DNA of 62,447 nt, counting the filler, from Choristocarpus tenellus KU-1152 (Eukaryota; Protista; Phaeophyceae), in NCBI GenBank assembly GCA_964200185.2. It is 15 parts of 15 records of this genome, joined end to end, with 100 filler letters (N's around TTAATTAATTAA, not from the genome) between each part and the next. Parts side by side here need not be neighbours in the genome. Positions count along the whole stretch, not along the records: positions 9,533 to 13,108 come from CAXNAD020019161.1; positions 13,209 to 17,085 come from CAXNAD020017428.1; positions 17,186 to 24,938 come from CAXNAD020005642.1; 12 more parts are not named here. One strand, given 5' to 3'. The translations under genes were made by a program, and so were the position numbers. The notes below the pieces were generated by a model, which was not told the DNA's origin, did no database searches, and saw nothing but the letters and a program-made list of their open reading frames with translations. Below, one piece after another: positions 11,885 through 24,690 of this stretch (position 1 is its first letter; every line of letters begins with the position of its first letter).

Positions 11885-12411
11885 GAGCCAAAGTAAATGA
11901 GAGGTACCCGCGTTTTGGCCATTTTGCATTTTAGTTTGAGTGAAAGTATCTTAGAGGGTACAAGTTTTGCCCTGTTTGTCCGTTTTGGGGATTGGCTTCC
12001 AATATTTTTTTTCTGAAATTTTCCTACTCCAAAATATTTCGGAGTAGGTAAAATGTATATATCATGAAAAGGTGTGTCTGGAACAAGGATATTGACACCT
12101 CCTAACAAAAACGGTAACCAGAATTACATCAAAATCGCAACATTGGATTGAGACCCCCAAATGGACGCGACTCTACCCTCTAAGATGCTTTGACTCTTTT
12201 TTTTCTTCAATCTTTTGCAATTCACCATTATTTCTATTTACATGGAGAAAGTGCTAAGTTTAACTTGAGAGCATTGATTTCTCTAAAATTTTCAACTTTT
12301 TGACATAATTCAGAAAATATCTTACATGCATTTGTAAAATAAACTCGAATTTTGCACATTTTTTCACATCCATAAAATGCAACTCTGGATACCTCTCGTT
12401 TACTTTGACTC
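11885..12411 (+). mobile_element. MITE family B with a nested family A copy
   Basis: TIRs GAGCCAAAGTAAATGAGAGGTA ... TACCTCTCGTTTACTTTGACTC. Confidence 0.85.
11938..12196 (-). mobile_element. MITE family A
   Basis: Full reverse-orientation copy with both TIRs; flanks gttt/tttt. Confidence 0.9.
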
Positions 12412-12759
12412 ACTCCAAACTGCCCCATGCCTAAGAAAATTTTTCTGCTTGCTGACCAAGGCGAGAAAAGCCAGAGATCAGATGGAGGAGTGTGGATTAT
12501 ATGACAGCTTCTACTGGTGGGGTTCCCTCTTCTAGTCGTGCGGCAGTCACTTCTTGCATCAGGAGGTCCACTGAGTGCACGTAGAAAATCTTGTGGGTAG
12601 TGAGAAGCCCCCTGCTGAGGGTAGGGTGAGGTGAGGTGGGATGTGGATAGGGGGAAACGTGGGAGAGGGTTTCCTGAATGAGAGGCATTGTGGCTATGCA
12701 CCACCCACTGGTGAGTTTCAGTCACTCTGAGCAAGTGTGTCTCCAAGGGGTAGTCGTGG

Positions 12760-13022
12760 TTGTTGGAGGGTATGTATGCTGCCTCCTACAGGTTGAATTC
12801 CCAGCAGGAGCGAACCTGTTCAAATCAATCATTTAACCCCAAGGGAAGATATAAGAGCTAACCACCTGCTTACTGGAATGGTCCTAGAAGACCAGCAGTT
12901 GCCAGGAGCCCCGAGGAGATGACCCTGAATCCTGCATGAGGGAGAGGGATGAAGATATTGCCGCTAAGGTCAGAAGTACGACAAGGGGACCCCCATGACT
13001 CCTTCCTATACTGCATGGCAAC
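12760..13022 (+). pseudogene. Second decayed CRE-like non-LTR RT fragment
   Basis: ILPLRSEVRQGDPHDSFLYCMA matches the GVRQGDPL.P.LFCLA motif; truncated by a partial family A end at 13023. Confidence 0.5.
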
Positions 13023-13941
13023 GAGTCAAAGTATCTTAGAGGGTAGAGACGCATCCGTTTGAGGGCAAAATCAAATATTCCGATTACAGGTTCAAAGTAT
13101 CTGGGGGGNNNNNNNNNNNNNNNNNNNNNNNNNNNNNNNNNNNNNNNNNNNNTTAATTAATTAANNNNNNNNNNNNNNNNNNNNNNNNNNNNNNNNNNNN
13201 NNNNNNNNAAAGCAAAGACTCTATTGGAAGAGTTCTCTTTTGCATAAAACCCACCCAACTCATATCGTAACCTTCTTTAGATCCCGCTCAGGAAATGGGG
13301 ACTAAAGAGACTGCCCAAGACCATTGCCGCCCGTTCGTGGAAGAAATCCAAAACGGATCAGATCATGGACCTCTTCCTCTCCTTGTTTGTCAACCACGAT
13401 GGTCCAGAAGAGATTAGAGGAAGCGGCCGCACTTGGAACGACCTTGCCTCTTGGTTGTTGGACGAGAAAAGCAGATTTGCACCGTTGGCACGCGCGCTAC
13501 GAGTTGTGCTGGCTCGGGAACAACGTGAGTCCACGCCTGATCTCCAGGTCAAGACATTCCTAGAATGTGTAAAGAAAGATCTTAGCACCGAGCCTACCCG
13601 CCAGGTATACAAACCCACCCTCGTCGGCATCGCTCCTGATGTTGAACTAGGCAATTACAGGGCGACATCAACGTTTCAACCCCTTCTGTCCGTCACAGCA
13701 AGAAAATACGACATCAACGTCATCCGTCAAAAAACGCACGGAATTCATGCGAGACATGCGGCGCCAGGTGAGCCCCTCCACATCGGCTGCAGATGACGCT
13801 GGATGATCGTTTCCCGTATCTGACACCCACGCCCCTCACTACTCTCCTCAAGGCACCGCCCAAAGGTATGGAAGTTCGTTCTCATCAAACGTCGACGGTG
13901 TGACACACACAACTTGACCCCTGGGCAAACACATCCACTGC

Positions 13942-15400
13942 ATGTCCAAAACAATTTCATCCCTAACATATGCCCGGATGATCCCTCGTATCCTGGTGCA
14001 CAACCGACACACGCCCCACATCTCCCATCGTTGCCTCAGACAAAACGGCAGACCAAGGGTATTCGACATGGGAAGGGACAGCTCCTCGCGACAGTTTGAT
14101 ATACAGCATCCTGATGCATATGTTCTTGGTGTCACCGTATGGGAGAGCAACAGCACCACCATGCCCCACGATCCGGTCATATCTCACGGATTCCACTCCG
14201 GGAATGCCCCATTTAGACCTGCACACGAACAAGAGAGTTTGCCACCCGAATGCACTGTGCCAACAGCACGCTCAGAGGTACTCTACACTAGCGAGTGTCA
14301 TCCTCACAAAAATTGCGCATATCCACCCTCGACACTTTACGGATTAATCATTGTAACATTTTCATCCTCGGCCAACAAAACTTTGACATTACACTACGTA
14401 CACATGGTGCAACCGACGTCACAAGAGGTCACACAGATTGGGACAGATGAGGAAACTGTTCTACATAACAAAGGCCACGCCAAGGTGTGTGCAGAAATAG
14501 TCTTTCCATTTTTAGGCCACAGGCTACAGTGATGATTGGGTAAGTCTATGTTTCCTAACCACCACAGGGTACCCAGTCACATACTGCATCATCCATGTCC
14601 ACACACAACGGGTGCTAACCCACTGTATCCCTCCCTCCACTCTTCCACACAACACAGATCGTGCGTTTGCACTCGCCACATGACCACTGACCTCCAGGTT
14701 CAATGCCTAAGAGAGAACAGGAAGAAAGTACATGCGAGGACGTTCTTTGGCGACGATGGACAATGCACTTGCGATGCACATGCGCGTTCTGCGACAAAGG
14801 CAACGGATGCGGGTCTGAAAAAGTGGAGGCTGCACTCGAAAGTGGTGCTCATTTAATGGGCCTCCTCTTGTAAGCTTCTATGCCAAACCACGCCCACGAT
14901 GTGGCAAATGTGTTATCGCGACGAGCTGGAATGGTATCCAAAAATAGATACACACCAGCATACTCGCCCTCAAACCGTTTCACTACGTCCTCTAATTATG
15001 TGGCAGCGACAGCCGGACTCCACTAGTGACGTTCAACCCGCTATTCAAACCTCTACACTGACAACAAAATCCGCTTTTGGACTAATTAAAACAAAACAGA
15101 TGTGAGAGGACTGTGCTGGAGCCCCTCAGCGAACCGTCTTCTGGAGGTTCCTTGGGCAGTTTCAAAACTTCATGTGTCTCGACAGTACATATGACAGGTG
15201 TGGCTGGAAATCTCATCTGATCTGGAAGTGCCCTTGTATGGTGGACTCTCATAGCACCCGTGTCACATGGAACGAGTTCGTCCACACATACACCCCAGTG
15301 GTGGAGGCGGACCAGCAACGAAAGACTTGCCAGGAGATAAAGGTTGTGCCTCATCGAAACACTTACCAACTAGTTAAGTTTTGGAAGACGAACCTGTCCG
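13942..15400 (+). pseudogene. Probable N-terminal part of a decayed Sola2-like transposase ORF
   Basis: ORFs 13942, 14536, 14899 and 15172 lie in one frame separated by isolated stops, ending in Cys-rich CLDSTYDRCG...CPC...VTWNEF, like the segment preceding the Sola2 core. Confidence 0.5.
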
Positions 15401-15603
15401 GTTCCATCCTCACGCCGGGTCCAGGACCGACATGGCAACCTACCCTACTAATCGACCATATCCCCATACTCACACCCAGACCACACGCCCATGCTGCAAA
15501 AAATCTCTATGCTCGTCTACACTGCCACACAGGCGCTGTCATCTAGACTTGGCAACGCCACCCCAAGAAGGATCACCAAAGATGACTTGATCCAGATGAT
15601 CAA

Positions 15604-15862
15604 GAGTGAAAGTATCTTAGAGGGTACGAGTTTTACCCTATTTGTCCATTTGGGGCTTGGCTTCCCATGGGTTTTTTTATGACATTTTCCTACTCCAAAA
15701 TGTTTAGAAGTAGGTGAAATGTATACGTTATGAAAAGATGTGTCTGGAACATTATTATTGACACTTCCTAACAAACACAATGGCCAAGATTACATCAAAA
15801 TCGCAACATTGGATTTTGGCCCCCAAATGGACGCGGCTCTACCCTCTAAGATAATTTGATTC
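15604..15862 (-). mobile_element. MITE family A
   Basis: Both TIRs; 4-bp TSD TCAA. Confidence 0.9.
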
Positions 15863-16291
15863 TCAAGGCAAAATATGCAGAGCTGAGGGCGGACAATCTC
15901 ATGACGGACGATTTGATTATCGCTAAGTGCATGATGGGAGAGTCCACCCCCGACTTCAGGAGGAATAGGACCGAGGAGAACGATGACGAAGACGCCACAG
16001 GGTCTACGGACAAACACAGCCGGAGGCAAAAGGTGGGGACAGTTTCCTTCGACTAATAATAATTACTGTGTACATTGAATGTGTCATGGCGTATTCGTCA
16101 AACAACGAGCAGATGCTCCCTCCCATAGCACCGAACATAATCGATTACACCACAACAAAGTCTGAATCACCACGACCTATCACCAGCAACAACGCTCAAT
16201 ACGCGACCACCTGGCCCATTCGATGTAGGTGCTGTTCCCAAGGACGGAGGGATTCCCTACACTCCTAAAAGTCATATCTGCAAACTTCGAC

Positions 16292-16985
16292 AAGAGCTTC
16301 TTCCTTCATCATAACACCGCCATTTGGCAGGCGTAACAATACAAACACTGCAAATCCTGCCTCCCCAAAGGACATACTACCATGTCCTTGGACTTCAGCG
16401 CCCACCTGCAACACAACCATCAAGACTTGGCAAAACAAGAGTTCTTCAAATCTATTCCTTGCGGCGCTTCTGACCATTGTCTGGTGGTTGAGAGATCACA
16501 GAGAAGAGGGAAATCTTGGAAAGGGAAGGGTTTGGACTTACAGCATGACGGTGTGCAGTGAAGACCGAAGCTAAGACAACGAGTTCGTCCAGAACGCCGT
16601 GGAGATGTTTGTGAAAGACCACCTAATACCTCTGGCCAGTGAATACGGACAGACCCTGGAGGTCCTCCACATCTGGTCCAATGGCTGCGGGAGCCAGTTC
16701 AAGAACAGATGGCAAATGTGGTGGGTTTCTCAGTCTTTAGCATGGATGGGAATTTCCGCAGTACACAACTTCTTTGCCTCCTGTCACGGCAAGTCCTTGT
16801 CTGATGGAGTCGGGGCTGTGGTGAAGTCTGCTGCCAGGCGACTGGAACTACACGGGGTACGCGTGCCAGGAACCTCATCCCTAGTGGATACAATCAAGGG
16901 AACCAAAACTCAGTATACCTTGAGGGATCCGATACCAGAGGAAGAGTGGCACTACCGCAAAGGTCATAAGGTTGCTCCCGGGTAG
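16292..16985 (+). pseudogene. Sola2-like DDD transposase catalytic core (stops plus one frameshift)
   Basis: FFLHHNTAIWQ, LPKGHTTMSLDFSAHLQHNHQD (DFSENY...QD), SEDRS*DNEFVQ (SD...HD..V), IWSNGCGSQFKNR (SDG...QFKN), NFFASCHGKSLSDGVGAVVK (FF..HGK...DG.G). Confidence 0.85.
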
Positions 16986-18246
16986 ACAATCGTCACTAAG
17001 GTAGGCACACTCCACACGACGACCCCCCCCCTACTCACAAAGCTCGGCCTCTGTTTGCCACTGGCGACAACCCCAACACGTACACNNNNNNNNNNNNNNN
17101 NNNNNNNNNNNNNNNNNNNNNNNNNNNNNTTAATTAATTAANNNNNNNNNNNNNNNNNNNNNNNNNNNNNNNNNNNNNNNNNNNNACACCAAAAAGTGAA
17201 AATCGAAAAAAGGGTGAAAAACGGACGCCAGCACCCCTCCCCCCCAGGTACTTTGACCCCCCCTTTTTGACCTTCTACTACCCTTACCATTGACTCTGAA
17301 TTTCAATTGTGACTCGTCCTTCTTACCCCTTCCCTCCCAACAACTCAATCCCATTAATTACTTTTTTACCTGGTCTCTCTATAAAAGACCTTCAGTGTTT
17401 AACCCTTTCCCCTACGATTGTTACCAGTTATTTTTTCTTCTATCATGTAGTAAACCCTGTGTGAATTCTCACGGTCACAAACTCTGATTATTTCATCAAC
17501 TTTCCTTTTAGGAAGGGGGGTGATATTTTTTAGTAAGTACTATCATAGAAAGAAAAGTGAACTGAAGACTATGAAATTACATTCCAGTAACTGACGCTTA
17601 TACGCCATTGTTCTTTCCGTCCAGATCACACCATAGGATTTATACACACTTTTTATTTCCTGATAAATCACAGCATAAGATTGTTTATCAAGATGAGGTA
17701 CGAACAGATCACCAATGATACACAACAATCTTCTCTCAACATAAAGAAGCAAGTGATTTTATACATGTTGAAAAATGGTGAGTGGTATCTTCAAATCATG
17801 ACTACCTGATAACCAACATGGACAGATCGACAAATCAAGATTTGTTTATCACTCCTCAACATTTGCGTTGTACTCAGTACATGATTAGTGTAAAAGGTTC
17901 CTATTTAGAAATGATTTTACAAATTTACCACCATGTCAACGTTCACATGGAAGTGTTTGTACACATCTTTTTCTTCTGATTTATGAAGTACAAATCAGGT
18001 TAATAATGTTTCGTTCGATGTTCGAAGATTTCGATATATCATACAAATTCTACTCATTGACAATAGTATCGATATCTCTTCAAATATCAAACTGCCTGGA
18101 GAGAATATGAACTTACAAAATGTAACTACAACGGAATCTGTAAAATTTCTCCTTTTGTTTTGCTCACGAATTCTGGATTATTATTATTTTATTCTATGTT
18201 TGCATTCCTCCCTATTCCCTTTTCTCCCCACATTCTAACAACTCTT

Positions 18247-18470
18247 GTGACCAACCAGTGGGACCTCTTTGCCACTGATTTCCAGCCACCGTCCACCTCT
18301 GATGACCAACCAGGGCCAACCCCTTTCACCACTGATTTCCAGTCACCACCACATATGATGATCAACCAGGGTGAACCCCCTTCGCCACTGATTTCCAGTC
18401 ACCCCCCCTATCCGATGACCAACAAGCGCAACCCCTTTCGCCACTGATTTCCGGTCTCTACCACCCCTTT
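18247..18470. repeat. ~56-bp tandem repeat, 4 copies, abutting the YR-retrotransposon terminal repeat
   Basis: ccactgatttcc core at 18272, 18329, 18385 and 18441. Confidence 0.85.
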
Positions 18471-19020
18471 CAACCCTACTCAACCCACTCAACCCCACAT
18501 CAGTTACCACTCCAGTCAACCCCACCTCACTTATCACTCCACCACACTATTGAACACCACTCAACACCACTCCACACCACTCCACAAACATCCAAGAACC
18601 CCCCTTCACCATCCCCCTCATACCATGCCTTTGAGCTAGAAGACATCTACCGCGCCCAAACTTGACCTTTCCTCCCACCCTAAGATCCATGTCGGTTATG
18701 AGCAAGCGACAGGGTGGGTGGGTGGGTGGGTGGGAAAGCTTGCTCGGGGGTCCTCTTGATCTAGCCCTCCTCGTCTTGTCACCCCAGCCTCAGGTTTCCT
18801 CTTTGATTCAATACTTTCCATTCCTTCTCCCCCTGTGCCTCTGCCTGCCACCGATTCTCTTAACCACTCTCCTTCCTCTCTCAACTACTCCGTCTTTAAC
18901 TCTTCGTTCCCTCCTTGATATTTTTTTTTCTTTCCTGTCCCCTTCCTTGCCCTTTGGCCCCAACCAACCAGAATTCTTCCGCCCACAAAACTCAGATTAC
19001 TTCATAATAAACTTTCCCGT
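18468..19020 (-). mobile_element. Inverted, diverged copy of both terminal repeats (A and B) of the adjacent YR retrotransposon
   Basis: 18468-18680 is the reverse complement of 24733-24938; 18725-19020 is the reverse complement of 19418-19705. Both are imperfect. Confidence 0.8.
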
Positions 19021-21616
19021 TGGAGTGGATTTGATCGTTCTCCATAGTTTTTCTTATGAATGGGATGGACTAAGGGATTTTTTTTTCCATAGTAGTTAGG
19101 CTTTAGAGTTAGAGTTGATATGTAGAGGGGAGTAACGCCTTCTTCAGGAACACCCCCACATTTGATGGAATGTTTCTCACCTTATGTTCGAACCATTTTG
19201 AACAGTTTCGGTGTCTTTTGTAGAACCATTTAAACGCATTTTTGGGAACATTTTGTGAAGACATTTTCACATCGTTTTTGCGATATTTCTTGAGCATTTT
19301 ATCATGTTTTTGGGTATGTAACAGTGTACAGGGGGGATTCCTGTGCTTAGGAGCCCACACTGTCCTCAGGGAACCTCCGCTGTGATATCTTTTTCACTTC
19401 TTCAAACTCATTTTTGAAAGGGAAAGTTTATGAAGTATCTAAGTTTTATGGGCGGAAGAATTCTGGTAGGAGGAACGTGGGTCAAGAAAGGAGGGGATAG
19501 GAAAGAACTAAAAATAGCAAGAGAGTGAACGAAGAGTTAAGTACTGATTTGTTAAGAGAGGTAGGAAAGAAGTTAAAGAAATGGGTGATAGTTGGAGGCA
19601 GAAGGTAAGAAGGAATGGACAGTATTGAAAAAAAAAACTAGGGCTGTTATGGCAGGACGAGGAGGGCTAAAACAAGACGACCCCCGAGCAAGCTTTCCCA
19701 CCCACCGAAGCTCTGCACGTTTAGATAGAAACAACTTGTAAGCAAACTTGCCCACCTGAGTTTAGCATGGTAAAAGGGGGAGAGAGAGTAATCGAAGAGA
19801 AAACAAGTCAATGGGGGAAGGATTCATTAGAAGGACGGACAAGGGAAAAGGTGAGGCAGAAAGAAAGACGTATGAAGGATGGGGGGGACAAAAAGAGTCG
19901 AACGAAGAAGAAGAAAAGAGGGAAGAGCTAGCAGCGAATAGAATGCGTGAGGAGATTGAGCAAGCCAGGAGAGAGTTGAGCATCAGTGCCGAGGATGAGG
20001 ATGAGAAGATAGGAGAAGGGTGGGGGGGGAGGAAGGGGGAAACAACAAAGGAGATTTAAAGTGAGTCCAGGCAATTCCAGGCACTGAAGAAAGACGTAGC
20101 CAAAGTAACGGAAAGGATGGATAACATGATGGAAATTTTAAGAGGGCTAGACCAGACAAGTACAACAGGACGACTTGAAGGGAACAGAGGGATGGGAGGG
20201 GAGGGGAAAACAACGAATGGGGAAGAAGGATCGATGAATTGGTCAACAATGGCAGGAAAGAGGAAGAAAAATCACTGATCCTAGTCTGGAAGAAGGTCAA
20301 TGTGAGAAATCATTTCGTCCTCCTAGGATACATCCCCTTGTTTATCCAGGCAGTCAACGTCAAGGACACACGGACTGAACTACAGCGGATAGTCGATGAG
20401 AAAGCCACCATTTCCGAAACGGTGACCGAACAACTGGAGAACATGGCAGAGTTTAATGTAAAGGAATTCATACCCAAAGGAGAGTTGGGGAGGAAGACAA
20501 GTAAAGGAGACTACAAATTGCGAGATAATTTGACTGCTTCGTCGCACCACTGAGAAAAATATGCAAATATGGAGAAGGGTGGACGCTGGAAAAGAAGAGG
20601 ACGGAGAAGGTGGAGAGGGGCTGGAAGAGGCGCGGTATAAGGTAAGGACGTTTTATGGGGTCAACAAACTCACCTTAATTGAACATCCACGGATTGTAGA
20701 CTTGGTGTATCGGGCGGTGAGGGAGGACCTCGAAGTTTGGGCAAAACAAATTGCTACAGCAGCAGACATTGTTGGAAACAAATATTACGCCCCCCCATCC
20801 CCTGAGACATTAATACCACCCCCATCGCTTCCTCGCTCTATGAGTCTGGAGACTACGTTGAGTCAGGCGAAGAACATGCTGCCCACACTGTATGGCGCTG
20901 AGTCGCGGTCAAGATCGATGAAGAGGGCGGGAGTGTGGGGAGAACAAAGTCATCGAAATCTCCGAGACCAGATCACAGGAGTAGGGAAGGAACATCAAAT
21001 GAAAAGGGGAAGTCTTACAACCCATGTTATGCTTTTAAAGCAGGGAAGCAGTGTAACTTCCTGAAGAGATACGGGGTTTGCAAATTTGACCATTTCCTAG
21101 AAGGGGACGGATTTATTGTGAAAGGAGACAAGGCTCAGCCTGACTCTACCATGAAGGACCCTTGAAGATGCGGGCTCATCATTGGGAGGGATGGGCCAGC
21201 AAAGCGGGACCAGTGGACGTCAGTACTACGACATAATGCGCAATGGATGCCAGGAATCCCAAGCCCAGGGTCTTTACACCAGTCAGTCAAAGGTAGAGAG
21301 GTAGGGGAAGATAAAGGGAGGGATGAAGTTGAGGAGTGGTTTGGGGTCTGGGAGAAGATGAAAAGAGAGAAAAGAATTGAGTTTGCAGTGACAGAGTTGA
21401 ATGACCTAGCAAGCAGGGGAGAGGCATTACTTGGAGAGTGTGGGGGTGACTTGGGGAAAGTGGTGGGTAGGCTGGGTAAGAGATGGAGCCCTGAACGTTT
21501 GAATTGGGAGGGGGTTGATGGTCATTTTAGGAAGAAGGTAGGATTCCTACAGGTAGAGAGACTCCAACAGGTTGTTCAAACAGAGGTACAGGTAGGTGTA
21601 AAAGGGGAAGGTAGAG

Positions 21617-22700
21617 TTGACGGGAGACTGGAGTATGGCAACCATAGGAACGCAAATAGTCATAGCAAAAGCACTATTAGAAAAGATAGTGGGGAATATT
21701 ATTCAGGGTAGAGCACTGGTGTTTCCAAAAAGGGCATGCATGGGCAAGATTCCAGGTTTGAAGTTGTCCCCAGTTGGTGTAATACAAGAACCAATGAAAG
21801 TTAGGCTCATTCACGATTTGTCGTGTCAGCAAGAGAGTTGGGACCCGAGTGTGAATGAACAAACTGATCTGAAAGATGGCACCCCCGTGCATTGTGGAAC
21901 GGTATTGGGGGGTGTGATTAAGAGGATTGTTATTTTTGTAGGGCTTAGGAGGAAGCTTCCTAAGGCGAGAATCACGATAAGTAAGATGGATGTCAAGGAT
22001 GCTTTTCGTCAAGTCTCAGTGGAACCAAGGGGGGGGCAGCGAGGTTTGGGTAAGGTGTTGAAGATATGATATTGATTGATTTCAGACTCCAGTTTGGTTG
22101 GAAGAATAGCCCAGGGTGGTGGGACCTCATGGCAAGTGTTCTAGAATTTTCCCATTGTCACACAGAACCCCATTCAGCAGTTGTATCCAAGGCAGTGGAA
22201 GACATGACTACAGGGGTAAGCCATTGGCAGCAGAGGGGTAGGCGGGAGGTTGGTGGATTGGATGAGATGTGGAAAGTTCTCGAAGTGGTAAGTGAACCTT
22301 TTTTTGCAAGGATGCATGTCGATGATAGTATTCTAGTAGAGGTCAAATGGTTTGAGGATGGGAGGAGTTTGAAGTTGGCAACAAACTCTTTAGTTTCGGA
22401 CCACATACGATTGCTAGGGCAAAGAAAGGCAGAAGAACCTCCTATTCTGTCAGCTAAAAGGTTGATGGGATGGCATACCACACAGGTTTAGTGGGATGGG
22501 AGTTAGACATTGAGACAATGATGATTGCTTTACCAGACGGAAAATTATGGGGGCTGAAGTGATTGCTATAAGAGTGAGCAGAATCGAGGTCTGTAGTCAG
22601 AGTGCGAGATGTGTGGGTAATTGCTGGGAAACTGCTTCACATGTCGTATGTTATACACCCAGGAAGATTTCTTTCTTTGGCGAGACTGGTGTATCTGTCG
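21617..22700 (+). pseudogene. YR-retrotransposon reverse transcriptase
   Basis: LSPVGVIQEPMKVRLIHDLS, KMDVKDAFRQV, RLQFGWKNSPGWW, MHVDD. Confidence 0.88.
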
Positions 22701-22762
22701 GGGCTACACCAGAAGGGGGGTTGGTTGAGAAGGATAGCTCATGGGGGTGGTCAAAAAGAACA

Positions 22763-22996
22763 GAGCTAAAGTATCTTAGAGGGTAGAGCGGGGCAAAACC
22801 CAATGTTGTAATTTTGATGTAATTTTGGCTATCGTATTTGTTAGGAAGTGTCAATATCCATGTTCCAGATACGCCTTTTCATAACGTATAAATTTTCCTA
22901 CTCCTAAACATTTCGGAGTAGGAAAATGTAATTAAAAACCCATGGGAAGTCAAGCCCCAAATGGACACACTCGTACCCTCTAAGATACTTTTACTC
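22763..22996 (+). mobile_element. MITE family A inserted in the YR-retrotransposon pol
   Basis: Both TIRs; flanks aaca/aata (4-bp TSD with one mismatch). Confidence 0.88.
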
Positions 22997-23094
22997 AATA
23001 GAGTGCGGCGATGAGGTAAGGAAACAGAGAGGTCAGGATAGGTATGGAGTTTAAAGAAGACCTGTATTGGTGGAGGTGAGTGGTAGAATGAGGC

Positions 23095-23762
23095 TTGGCA
23101 AAGAAAGGGGAAAATTTGAGTTCCCCCTTCATGGGTTTTGTGGTAAGACCACCAGTGACGACATGGTATTCAGATGCCTGCTTTACAGCAATAGAAGGAT
23201 ACAATGTGGAAACGGGTAAGTGGTGGTGGAGGTATGATTTCCTGGAGCGTGTGAAGAAGGATATCACACGGATTTTGATCAAAGGAGAGGGAGGGAGTAT
23301 ATCAATCACGTACTAGAATTGTTGGGGATAGTAGTGAAGATAGGGCGAAGGGCAAAGAAAAAGGGGGACCCAGTACTGTTGAGAGGGGACAACAATTCTG
23401 ATGCACAGTGGTTGCGTAAGTGTGGGGGGGCAAAAGATAGGAGGGCGGGCGGATTGATGGAGATAATGGGGGAGTTGGAGATAGCAGGGGAATGGTTGTT
23501 TTCAGCAGAACCCGTTGCGGGGAAGAAGAATGATTTAGCAGATGGAATATCAAGATGGGATAGGGACGAGATTCAATCTAACCTCCAACATGCCTGTCCA
23601 CGTGTTGATTGGCAGGAGCAGCCCCTGGGTCGGGAAGGGGAGATGGTGTGTTTGAGTGCCTTGCAGCCATATATGCCAGAGGAGCGGTTGTGCCATCTAC
23701 TCAGAAGTGTGATGAGACAGCTTGGGAACAGTGGTCTGATTTCCGTACATATAGAGGACTGA
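23095..23762 (+). pseudogene. YR-retrotransposon RNase H
   Basis: WYSDAC, VLLRGDN, VAGKKNDLADGISRW. Confidence 0.85.
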
Positions 23763-24690
23763 GTAGGTGGTTAGACCCCAGAAGTCGAGAATGGGATGCA
23801 GTGAAGGCCTTAACTGAGTTATGTGTTTCTGTTGTGGGAGTAAGGGGAACCAAGTAGGTACAATTAAAGGTAAGATTTCAGCAATCCAGTATTACCACAA
23901 ACAAATCCTAAACTTCCAACTCCCCACGCAACACTTCATGATTTCCTCAGTGCTGAAGGGTATGGGAAGAATTCACAAAACAGGCACTCAGCCTAAAAAG
24001 AGGAGACCCCTGACATGGAGAATGATTGTAGAAACAAAGCACTGTATACTGAAATGTTGGGAAGGGAGGGTAAATTGACAAGGCTAGGATTGGGGTTCAC
24101 GTTCTTTTTCTTAGCAAGAGCATCGGAGCTTTGGGCGTATGATGAAGGGGGGGGGGTGCACTTGGATTTTGCGGTAAGGAGGCGAGATGTAGTGTGGAGG
24201 AGAGAGGTGGAAAGACTCAGGTGGAAGGATAGACCCAAGTAGAAAAGGTTGAGGTAACATTCAGGGGGTCGAAAGGAGACCAGGGCAGGAAGGGAGGAGT
24301 GTTAACAAGGTTTAAAGTGTAGAAAAAGAGGGGAAGGATAGTATGGGAGGCTTTGAGGTGGTACTAGCAATCATGAAATGTTTCCCAGAGCTCTCCCCTG
24401 ATGCCCACTGATGACTTTTAGAGAGGGAGAAAGGTGGAGGGTAGTGGCAAGGGGACAAGCAACATGTATCCTGAGAAGAATAGTAGAAGAGCTTAAGCTG
24501 AGACCAGGAGAGTATGCTTTGCATTCGGGGAGGATAGGGGGAGTCACCAGGTTGGCAACCATGGGAGTTTCAGAGATAGTAATACAGAGGTAGGGGAGAT
24601 GGAAGTCGAGTGCATTCATGGTATATGACCGACCCGGTGTGGGTTTCGAAGGGGTCTGGCAAAGAGTAGGAAGGATTGAGTTCAACTAGG
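23700..24690 (+). pseudogene. Tyrosine recombinase
   Basis: TIKGKISAIQYYHK, KKRRPLT, FFFLARASELW (R), KGDQGRKG (K), YALHSGRIGG (HxxR), GRWKSSAFMVY (W, Y). Confidence 0.9.
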
